The notes below the pieces were generated by a model, which was given only the letters and a program-made list of their open reading frames with translations, was not told the origin of the DNA and did not search any database. The position numbers were made by a program, and so were the translations under genes. From the NCBI GenBank assembly GCA_903842445.1, contig CAIMLT010000003.1, forward strand, positions 5,696 through 69,695: DNA of 64,000 nucleotides, in the 5' to 3' direction. Shown piece after piece: positions 1 to 8,032 of the stretch (within the stretch, counting starts at the first letter, position 1; each line of letters starts with the position of its first letter). Source of the DNA: an uncultured bacterium. GTDB taxonomy: Bacteria > Patescibacteriota > Minisyncoccia > Moranbacterales > UBA2206.

Positions 1-1516
1 TCGTATAAGCCACTGCCATTAATTTTTTTTTAATCCCTGGGGTCTTTATAGCTAAATCATATCCGACTTGTTTTTCCAAATATTTTTTGTCAGTTTTTTC
101 ATCTGCAATATTAATTTCAATTTCAGGAAAATATTTCTCAAGATATTTTTTCGTCATCATCCCCTCTTTGCCATAGCCCAAAATCAAAACTTTTTTTGCG
201 CCAGTTAGCTTAAATTTGGCTGGTAGAGTTAATGCATTATTTGAAGCAAAAACTCTTTTTAAAAGCGTGGCTGGATTTTTTATTTTACCACTAAACTTAT
301 TTATGATAAAACTATCCGCAAAGTTATCCTTGGCTAAAAATATAGCAGCGCGCGCTTCATCAAATGTGCCGACACAATCAAATGGCTTCATTTTTCCATA
401 ACCTAAAATATCCGAGAATGTATCCACTAATTTTTCATCCTTATATAAATTCTTGCCAAAAATTCCTACCAAATCTTTCCTGGAAAGAAAAGCCGAAAGC
501 AATGTCCACACAAAAACACACTTGGGGCATTCTCCACACCAAAGCGTATTTGGCCGTTCTTTGCAGATGCGAAAATTTCGATTGCAACTTGAGAAGATGA
601 AAAAATATTTTTTATATTTAGCAAACATTTCCACGATTCTGATTTCATAATAGGGTCGCAAAAGAGAAAAATATAGAATGTCGGGACAAATAAATTTCCT
701 AGTATAATCTTGGAAAAGCTTTTCAAATTCGGACGATTTACTCCACTGATGGTTAACCTCCTCACCAAGATATTCTATATTGCCAAAATTACTGCTATAC
801 TCATTACCCACGATAACATAAGAATAGTCATAGATAACTGCGGAAAAATAACCCAAAAAAGCAAAGATAGCGGAAATTGGAATGTGTCCATTATGCGCTC
901 CCTCAATTGGTCTCATAATTTTTTCATCCATCTGTCGATTAAGGAACACTTTATCGATATTCATCTCATCAATCACTTTTTCGGAAATTGGATCTTTTTT
1001 TTGTGTTTCGACGAGTAAAGCCGCAACATCTTCTTTTTGTTTTTTCAAAAGTTCAAAAACAACAATTGAGTCCTTCCCTCCACCAATTCCAACGAGTGCC
1101 CTGTTTTTTCTTTCTAGCCTTTGCGCTCCAGGCTTAATTTTTTTATCATATGGAAAGTTAATAAGTCTCCTCGAGCTTATTTTATTGGTATAGAAAAATT
1201 CTCCTAAGCCTTTTCTATAGACTGTATCCCAAAACTCTGCCTGTTCTTTCGAAAGAGCAAAGGAGGTTTTTATTTCAGTTGGCAAATAAAGTTTGTAATA
1301 ACTTATACCCAAAATAAGTTGCACGCCAATCAATAAATTTTCCAAAAGTTCTGGTGGAATTTTAGTAATTGAAAAAGATTTTGGAAAAATAATAGCTTCT
1401 GAATACTTAATCACCTCGTGATTGGCAAACTTTACCTCATATTCAAAAACCACCCTGGCCTTTTTTGGCTCCAGAGTGTGAGTCGTAAATTCAAAAGTTT
1501 TTGGAATTAGCTTCAT
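1..1516 (-). CDS. PP-loop ATP pyrophosphatase domain protein (QueC/ExsB-like SGGxDS and CxxCxxC motifs) fused to a C-terminal Rossmann-like domain; 3' end truncated by the window edge
   Basis: My manual translation of the minus strand from the ATG at 1516-1514 to position 1 gives one open frame of more than 505 aa with no stop, so the ORF track, which needs a stop, misses it. It contains VGIGGGKDSIVV (PP-loop), WCGECPKC and KVLILGYGKEGMMTKKYL (GxGxxG). The ATG sits 1 nt after the stop of the upstream gene. Confidence 0.5.
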   Translation of the reverse strand, partial: MKLIPKTFEFTTHTLEPKKARVVFEYEVKFANHEVIKYSEAIIFPKSFSITKIPPELLENLLIGVQLILGISYYKLYLPTEIKTSFALSKEQAEFWDTVYRKGLGEFFYTNKISSRRLINFPYDKKIKPGAQRLERKNRALVGIGGGKDSIVVFELLKKQKEDVAALLVETQKKDPISEKVIDEMNIDKVFLNRQMDEKIMRPIEGAHNGHIPISAIFAFLGYFSAVIYDYSYVIVGNEYSSNFGNIEYLGEEVNHQWSKSSEFEKLFQDYTRKFICPDILYFSLLRPYYEIRIVEMFAKYKKYFFIFSSCNRNFRICKERPNTLWCGECPKCVFVWTLLSAFLSRKDLVGIFGKNLYKDEKLVDTFSDILGYGKMKPFDCVGTFDEARAAIFLAKDNFADSFIINKFSGKIKNPATLLKRVFASNNALTLPAKFKLTGAKKVLILGYGKEGMMTKKYLEKYFPEIEINIADEKTDKKYLEKQVGYDLAIKTPGIKKKLMAVAYT

Positions 1517-1517
1517 C

Positions 1518-3092
1518 TTAAGAGCGCTTAATCACTTGCCCATTTCTATTTCCATTGTAAACCCCGCCTGCCAAAACAAGTTCTCCATTAATAATGACCG
1601 TGTCCACCCCTTTGGAATATTGATAGGGGTTTTTCACTGTAGCTGGACTTTTTATTTTATCTTGATCAAGAATAATTATATCAGCAAAATATCCTTTTTT
1701 CAAGGATCCTCGCTTTTTAAGACCAAATTTTTCCGCCGGCGCGGATGTCATTTTATAAATAGCACCTTCTAGCGTCAATATCTTATCTTTAATAACATAC
1801 TTTTCCAACACTCGCATAAATGCTCCAAAATTTCGTGGATGCACTCTTTCTCCGGTTTTAGCATGAAAAATATCATAGCCTGACCCATTGGTCGCAATAA
1901 AGGATAACGGATGAGCGATAGCTTGTTTGACATTTTCCTCACTCAAGACTTCCATGGAAGTAACCACCATCCCTTCTGAAGCAACTAAAATATCTATAAT
2001 AGCTTCTTCGACTGATTTTTCTTGATTCTGCGCAATCTCAGAAATATTATGTCGCGCCAAGGTTTTGTTCAATGGTGAAATAGCAATTTCAATCTTAGAA
2101 TAATCAAATTCAGATTCGCGCATCTCTGCAATTATTTTTGCTCGAATAACTGGATCCTTAAGTCTGTGTAGCATTATTTTTTTACCACCCTCACAAATCC
2201 ATGCCGGTAAAAAAGAATAAAGAACCGAGCCAGTTGCGGTGTATGGGTAAACATCGAATGTTATATCGATACCATCCTCTTTGGCTTTTTCAATTAAACC
2301 AAAAACTTCTGTCATCTTCGACCAATTTTTTTCTCCAATTACTTTTAAGTGAGAAATTTGCAGTTTAACTCCAGACTCCCTGGCAATTCGAATGGCTTCT
2401 TCGATTGCTTCCAAAATTTCTTTTTGTTCCGAGCGAATATGCGTAGCATAGATACCGTTATATTTTTTTACAATTTTGGCTAAAGCTAAAAGTTCGTCAT
2501 AAGGAGCTAGCCTTGCGTGGGAATAAATCAATCCAGTTGACATACCAAGCGCTCCTTCTTTCATCGCAGAACTCAATGTTTTGTTTAGAATTTCGATTTC
2601 CTTAGGTCGCATACTGCGCACCTCATCTCCGATAATTCCTCGCCGAAGTGTCGCATGACCGACTAGCGTAGCAAAGTTTGGAGAAATTTTCTTTTCACCC
2701 AAAAATGCCAATAACTCTCTAACTTTGAGCCAACTAACATTTATTTTCTTAACATCAACCCACTTCTGAATTGCATCAATCGTTGCTGGAGTGGAAAGAG
2801 GTGCCAGAGATGTTCCACAATTTCCTCCAACAATTGTTGTTATCCCTTGATAGATTAAGCTTTCCAGATGTGGATTTAAAAATATTCTCCAATATGTATC
2901 ACTATGATTATTCACGTCAATAAATCCAGGACAAACCGTTTTTCCCATTGCATCAATTTCAACACTAGCCATTTCGTCTTGCAAATCTCCAATTTTTTTT
3001 ATTTCATCCTCATTAACACCAATATCGGCGCGATATGCCGGCGCTCCCGTTCCATCAATAATATTGGCATTCCTAATAATGATATCGTACAT
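1518..3092 (-). CDS. N-acyl-D-amino-acid deacylase (D-aminoacylase) family amidohydrolase
   Basis: 524-aa ORF with N-terminal MYDIIIRNANIIDGTGAP and metal-dependent amidohydrolase-like architecture (FIDVNNHSD). Confidence 0.65.
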   Translation of the reverse strand: MYDIIIRNANIIDGTGAPAYRADIGVNEDEIKKIGDLQDEMASVEIDAMGKTVCPGFIDVNNHSDTYWRIFLNPHLESLIYQGITTIVGGNCGTSLAPLSTPATIDAIQKWVDVKKINVSWLKVRELLAFLGEKKISPNFATLVGHATLRRGIIGDEVRSMRPKEIEILNKTLSSAMKEGALGMSTGLIYSHARLAPYDELLALAKIVKKYNGIYATHIRSEQKEILEAIEEAIRIARESGVKLQISHLKVIGEKNWSKMTEVFGLIEKAKEDGIDITFDVYPYTATGSVLYSFLPAWICEGGKKIMLHRLKDPVIRAKIIAEMRESEFDYSKIEIAISPLNKTLARHNISEIAQNQEKSVEEAIIDILVASEGMVVTSMEVLSEENVKQAIAHPLSFIATNGSGYDIFHAKTGERVHPRNFGAFMRVLEKYVIKDKILTLEGAIYKMTSAPAEKFGLKKRGSLKKGYFADIIILDQDKIKSPATVKNPYQYSKGVDTVIINGELVLAGGVYNGNRNGQVIKRS

Positions 3093-3096
3093 TTTT

Positions 3097-4095
3097 TTAT
3101 TTATTACTAATATACTCAGCCATTTCCACTAACCGGTTAGAATAGCCCCATTCATTGTCATACCAACCAACCACTTTCACCAGATTACCGCTTACCATCG
3201 TAAGCGGCAAATCAACAATTGCACTATGTGAATCTCCCCTAAAATCCATTGAAACCAGACCCTCATCGCTCACTGCCAAAATTCCATTCATCCCGTTTTC
3301 AGTTGCCTCGACAAAAGCTTCGTTTATTTCAGAAACAGTAGCTTCTTTTTTTAAATTACAAATAAAATCCACGATTGAAACAACCGGAGTTGGCACGCGA
3401 AGAGAAATGCCATCTAGTTTTCCCTCTAGGTGTTTCATTACTTTTCCAACAGTTTTCGCCGCTCCGGTAGTGGTTGGAATAATACTTAGTGCGGCTGCTC
3501 GCGCTCGACGCAAATCTCTATGTGGTAAATCTAAAATGCGCTGATCATTGGTATAGGAATGAGTTGTCGTCATGAAGCCTTTTTCTACTCCAAATTTATC
3601 ATCCAATATTTTTATCATCGGCGCCAAACAATTAGTCGTGCAAGAACCATTGGAAATAATTGTTTCAGTCTCATCATATTCATTTTCGTTGACACCCAAA
3701 AGATAAATTGGAATATCATCTTTTGGTGGCGCGCTAAGAATAACTTTTTTTGCTCCAGCTGTGAGGTGTTTCCCCGCCTTTTCCCGATCTTCAAAAACGC
3801 CAGTACACTCAAGAACTATATCAATCTCCAGCTCCTTCCAGGGCAATTTTTCCGGATTCAGTTCACAAATATATTTAATTCTTGTTCCATCAATAATAAT
3901 TTCCGAATTTTCTTCATCTATATTCATTTCGTGTTGATAGCGACCATAACTGGAATCATACTTAAAGAGATGGGCGGCGGTTTTGAGATCCATAAGATCA
4001 TTAATTGCTACGACTTCCAAATCTTCTTTTTCAAAGGCGATTTTTAAACTCAGCCGACCAATACGGCCAAAACCATTAATGGCGATTTTTGTCAT
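3097..4095 (-). CDS. gap: glyceraldehyde-3-phosphate dehydrogenase
   Basis: 332 aa with INGFGRIGR NAD-binding start and active-site SCTTNCLAP. Confidence 0.9.
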   Translation of the reverse strand: MTKIAINGFGRIGRLSLKIAFEKEDLEVVAINDLMDLKTAAHLFKYDSSYGRYQHEMNIDEENSEIIIDGTRIKYICELNPEKLPWKELEIDIVLECTGVFEDREKAGKHLTAGAKKVILSAPPKDDIPIYLLGVNENEYDETETIISNGSCTTNCLAPMIKILDDKFGVEKGFMTTTHSYTNDQRILDLPHRDLRRARAAALSIIPTTTGAAKTVGKVMKHLEGKLDGISLRVPTPVVSIVDFICNLKKEATVSEINEAFVEATENGMNGILAVSDEGLVSMDFRGDSHSAIVDLPLTMVSGNLVKVVGWYDNEWGYSNRLVEMAEYISNK

Positions 4096-4130
4096 AAAAT
4101 CAAATATTAACTTATTATAAGCTTATTAAA

Positions 4131-4418
4131 TTATACATCAACATCAGTTATCTTCCAATTAACTCCGCTGGTTTTGATAATTTTAAACTTTGTTTTTTCC
4201 AGGATTGTGTTTTTTGCAATATTTTCTAAACCAAACTTAATATTTTCAATGTTAAGCTCATCAAAATGATTATCATGCTCATGCGCATGTTTGTGATTAT
4301 GCGGAACACTTTTGCTGCCAATTTCTAAGGAAACTGATTTTATTTTCCCCAATTTTTGCGCTAGAGCAATTGCCAAAACTTCATCAACTATTTCTTTGGC
4401 CAAAATGAAATCATGCAT
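4131..4418 (-). CDS. HypA-like hydrogenase nickel-insertion protein lacking the Zn-finger cysteines; His-rich variant
   Basis: The N-terminus MHDFILAKEIVDEVLAIALAQKLGKIKSVSLEIG aligns to HypA MHE...V.L.IG as recalled from memory. The usual CxxC...CxxC is replaced by PHNHKHAHEHDNH. The likely start is the second Met (MHD), which removes the overlap with dfx. Confidence 0.4.
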   Translation of the reverse strand: MHDFILAKEIVDEVLAIALAQKLGKIKSVSLEIGSKSVPHNHKHAHEHDNHFDELNIENIKFGLENIAKNTILEKTKFKIIKTSGVNWKITDVDV

Positions 4419-4419
4419 A

Positions 4420-4797
4420 TTATTTTTTCCATAACCCATGCATATTGCAACAGGCTCTTATCGTGAAATGTTCAGCTTCCAGAAAAAATTCAGCCACAGG
4501 ATCTGTTCCTGGCTCTAGAAATTTTCTGTATGCTCTATGCTCAGTAACAACCTCAATCCATTCAATATAATGTTCGGATTCCATTGGATGAAGAACACTC
4601 CCAACTTGAACAATCAATCCCAAATCGGTCTTTTCCACGATCGGCAAGTGCTTTTCTTGACCTTCTTCAATTTCTGTTTTTTCGACTTCCAACTTCATCA
4701 GTTGTCCACAACAAACTAGCTCTCCTCCACCGAAGCGAACAACTTCAACCATATTTCCACAAATATTACATTCATAGATTTGATTAAGCTCCGTCAT
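4420..4797 (-). CDS. dfx: desulfoferrodoxin (2Fe superoxide reductase)
   Basis: N-terminal desulforedoxin motif CNICGNMVEV...LVCCGQ plus a C-terminal neelaredoxin-type centre (HPMESEHYIEWIE ... CNMHGLW). Confidence 0.8.
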   Translation of the reverse strand: MTELNQIYECNICGNMVEVVRFGGGELVCCGQLMKLEVEKTEIEEGQEKHLPIVEKTDLGLIVQVGSVLHPMESEHYIEWIEVVTEHRAYRKFLEPGTDPVAEFFLEAEHFTIRACCNMHGLWKK

Positions 4798-4830
4798 ATG
4801 TTTTTTAAAATTAGTTAAAAATTAGCTTAT

Positions 4831-6090
4831 TCAGTGAACTGCGCAACTAATACAAGGATCGTAAGCTCGAATAAAAGCACGCAACTTTTTTTCTTTTTCT
4901 TTATCTTTTAATTTTAAAATTTGTGGGATGTATTCAGCAATGTCATCTTCGAGGTTCGAGAGAAATTGGGCAGTTGGAGTAATGATATTCACATTCTTCA
5001 CATAACCTTTGGCATCAACATCAACATGATAATAAAGTGTTCCGCGCGGCGCTTCAATGGCCGCAACACCTACTCCTTCGCAAACTTTATATTCTTTAGT
5101 TATAACCTCATTCAAATCGCTGTTCAAAAGCTCCAGCATAATCCGCTTTGATTCTTCAATTGATTGGATAACTTCCACCATCTGCGCCAAAATATTATGA
5201 AAAGGATTGTAATCTGGAAATGTCCAACCCAAACTTCTCAGATAGTTTGATGCATTATCTCTTAACTTCGCCCTATTATTGTTTATCCTGGCGATTGCTC
5301 CAACCATATAGCTCTGACCATTATGTTTGACGCGCTTAATCACTTCCTTCTGTTTTTGTAATTCTAAAAAGTTATTTTCAAATTTTTTAACTGAAATATG
5401 CAATCCCAAGTTAGAAATAACATCACCGTCATAAATCGCATATTCACCATTCTTACCCAAGGAAATATATTCGGTTACGCGAGAAAATTCCGGGATTTTT
5501 ATTCCTCTAAAAAACTCTCCCAAACTAAGTGCTATTTGCAGAATATCTTCAGAATCCCCAACCAGCTTTTTTAAAGCCTCTCTATCTGGCGCTTTTTTGA
5601 ATCCACCCACTTCATTGGTTAGCGGATGCACGACTCTACCGCCAACTATTTTCACAATTTCCATTCCATATTCGCGGATTTTAATCGCCATTTTTGCCTC
5701 TGCGGAATACTTGCTTATTAGCTCAATGTCATTATTCATATCTAAGAAATCAGCCAGCGACAAAAAGAAAAGATGCAGAGCATGCGAATGAATAAATTGA
5801 GCGTATTCCAAAAGCGTTCGCAATTTTTTAGTTTCGTATGTCACAGAAACCCCCATAGCGTTTTCGAGAGCTTTTATTGAAGTCAGGTTGTGAACTACCG
5901 GACAAATCCCACAAATCCGCTGAGCAATAAGTGGCATATCTTGATATTCTCGCCCAATAAGCACGCCTTCAATTAAACGAACTCCTTCCTGCACTTGAAA
6001 TTTAGCCGACTTAACGTCACCGTTGAGCACGCTCGCCATAAAGCCAGTATGACCCTCTATTTTTGCAATGTGGTTTATTTTTATCTTCAT
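4831..6090 (-). CDS. [NiFe]-hydrogenase large subunit, group 3
   Basis: 419 aa with N-terminal Ni-binding RICGICPVVH. It ends exactly at DPCISCAVH followed by the stop, so there is no C-terminal extension. Confidence 0.9.
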   Translation of the reverse strand: MKIKINHIAKIEGHTGFMASVLNGDVKSAKFQVQEGVRLIEGVLIGREYQDMPLIAQRICGICPVVHNLTSIKALENAMGVSVTYETKKLRTLLEYAQFIHSHALHLFFLSLADFLDMNNDIELISKYSAEAKMAIKIREYGMEIVKIVGGRVVHPLTNEVGGFKKAPDREALKKLVGDSEDILQIALSLGEFFRGIKIPEFSRVTEYISLGKNGEYAIYDGDVISNLGLHISVKKFENNFLELQKQKEVIKRVKHNGQSYMVGAIARINNNRAKLRDNASNYLRSLGWTFPDYNPFHNILAQMVEVIQSIEESKRIMLELLNSDLNEVITKEYKVCEGVGVAAIEAPRGTLYYHVDVDAKGYVKNVNIITPTAQFLSNLEDDIAEYIPQILKLKDKEKEKKLRAFIRAYDPCISCAVH

Positions 6091-6122
6091 AATTTAATTA
6101 TACTTTATTTTTTACAATAAGC

Positions 6123-7052
6123 CTACTCAAACTTGCAAACAGCTTTCAACGCGCTTAAATCATCCGGAGAAAGCTGAGGATTTTCCATGTTTTGATCAGA
6201 GAGTAGATAATACATAATCGATTGCGGATCCTCGACATGTCCAACGCCTAAAGCATGTCCCAACTCATGCACAATCGTCAGGCGCAAATCGGCAAGTTGC
6301 TTAAACTGATACAAGCTGATCCCCTTGCCGTCATAGAGCCCTTTTTCAAATTCCCGTGAGCCGCCATATTTATTTTTGTATGTCGAAACATTAGCGTTAT
6401 ATTCATTCACAACTTTTTGCTCTTTTGAAACTAAAGCATTGGTTTTTCCAGCCAGACCATTCACTTCTGTCCGCTCTTTTTCGAGTTTATCGTATAATTC
6501 ATTAATTGTCTTCTTCTCTTTCGCTAGATCATTATACTCATCCTGCGATCCGCTATTTTTATTCCAATCCGCGACAGCTTTATTATAGTCCCTCAATTTT
6601 TTTTCATAAGCTACCACGTTGGCGTCATATTTTGCCATCTTCTTTTCATAGATTCCGGCTAAGTCCTCATATTGATTAGCAATTTTTTGGTGTGATATTT
6701 CCAACTGGTCTAAATTACTCGCCAATTTATCCGCCGCGTTCGAGGCAACCTGCCTCTCATCAAAAATCAAATTCAGCTTAAACTGAGCATCTGGCTTATA
6801 TTCAAATAAATTCTTCCCCGACTGCGTTTCCCAAATTTTTTCCGCCTCTCGAATCTCTGCCAAAAAATTATTCGCACTCAAATCAAACCTTGGATCAACT
6901 ATTCCAACAGCATATTGAAACGGCTTGGCACACGGCAAACCAATCCCGGTAAATTCCGAAACGGTTTCTCGCACGGAAGTTTTGTTTTGCAAAATTATCC
7001 CCCAAGCAGAAAAGAGAATTATAATAATGAAATATTGAAAAAATTTTTTCAT
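6123..7052 (-). CDS. secreted matrixin-like (M10) zinc metalloprotease with a coiled-coil region
   Basis: N-terminal signal/TM segment MKKFFQYFIIIILFSAWGIIL. HELGHALGVGH zinc site with Met-turn SIMYY near the C-terminus. Its ATG overlaps the stop of the upstream small-subunit gene (ATGA). Confidence 0.7.
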   Translation of the reverse strand: MKKFFQYFIIIILFSAWGIILQNKTSVRETVSEFTGIGLPCAKPFQYAVGIVDPRFDLSANNFLAEIREAEKIWETQSGKNLFEYKPDAQFKLNLIFDERQVASNAADKLASNLDQLEISHQKIANQYEDLAGIYEKKMAKYDANVVAYEKKLRDYNKAVADWNKNSGSQDEYNDLAKEKKTINELYDKLEKERTEVNGLAGKTNALVSKEQKVVNEYNANVSTYKNKYGGSREFEKGLYDGKGISLYQFKQLADLRLTIVHELGHALGVGHVEDPQSIMYYLLSDQNMENPQLSPDDLSALKAVCKFE

Positions 7053-7942
7053 CTTTTTTTTCTTTTGTCTTTTTTTTCTCTTTCTTCCAAATCATCTCTG
7101 AGGCCAAAAATCTCCGTCATATTTTGAAACTGTTCATCACTCATCATATTTTTTAGCATCGCACGCATAGCGGTTACATTTCCAGTTTCCCGAAGTCCGC
7201 GACAACCTTGGCACTGCGCCCTAGAACTTGGGCAAACTGCATTGCACCCACCCAGAATCATCGGACCAAAACAAGGTTTCTTGTCTAACAAAAGACATCG
7301 ATTACCTGCTTTTTTGCATTCCACACAAACCGGCTGATCGGGCAAGGTGGGAATTTCACCTTTGAGTAATTTCGGGATACACTTCAAAAACTCTTCACCA
7401 TTGATCGGACAACCCGGAAAAACAAAATCAACTTTTACAAAATTATTAATCTCACGAATTTCCGGGTTAGTAATCCCTTGTAAATATTTATAGACATGTT
7501 TTATCGTGCTCACTCCTTCGTGATAATTTTTCATCTCGGGGATTCCACCCATCGCTGCGCAATTTCCAAGCGCCACAAGCAGTTTCGCCCTTTTTCTGGC
7601 AGAAAGGAGTGTTTTTTCATTTTCCTTGGTTACCGGATTTCCCTCAACCAAAACTAAATCCAACATTCCGCCATCATCCTCCTCATCTTCAATCAAGCGA
7701 AAATCCACCAATTCAACTTGCTCTGTAAATTCCAAAAAGCGCACGCCAAGATCGAGAAGTACAAATTGGCAACCCTCGCAAGAAGTGAGGCTCACAATCG
7801 CCACACGCGGTTTTCCAGCCTCGACTTTCTTATTGGCTATTTTTGCCACTACGACTTTTTTTGTCTTAACTATTTTTTTAGCTTTAACTGCTTTAGCTCT
7901 CGTAGGTATTTTATTTTTTTCTTCGATTACTTTTATTTTCAT
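7049..7942 (-). CDS. [NiFe]-hydrogenase small subunit, group 3, with a lysine-rich N-terminal extension
   Basis: AIVSLTSCEGCQ proximal-cluster motif and a C-terminal Cys-rich region for additional FeS clusters (CVECKK...C...CNAVCP...CQGC). Roughly 45 K/A/V-rich residues precede the conserved core. Confidence 0.85.
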   Translation of the reverse strand: MKIKVIEEKNKIPTRAKAVKAKKIVKTKKVVVAKIANKKVEAGKPRVAIVSLTSCEGCQFVLLDLGVRFLEFTEQVELVDFRLIEDEEDDGGMLDLVLVEGNPVTKENEKTLLSARKRAKLLVALGNCAAMGGIPEMKNYHEGVSTIKHVYKYLQGITNPEIREINNFVKVDFVFPGCPINGEEFLKCIPKLLKGEIPTLPDQPVCVECKKAGNRCLLLDKKPCFGPMILGGCNAVCPSSRAQCQGCRGLRETGNVTAMRAMLKNMMSDEQFQNMTEIFGLRDDLEEREKKDKRKKR

Positions 7943-8032
7943 AAGAATAGTTTTATTTGTTTTATTTCTCTTTGTATTCTAACAGATTTAACCTGATTTT
8001 AAAAATCCGGCAAATTACTCTATACTTAGCTT

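Noticed and set aside
216-1193. Six short ORF-track entries (216-401, 364-600, 453-650, 466-768, 710-1018, 882-1193)
   Set aside because: They all overlap, in other frames or strands, the single long minus-strand open frame 1516..1 that carries coherent PP-loop and Rossmann motifs. Their sequences are low-complexity and they are spurious.
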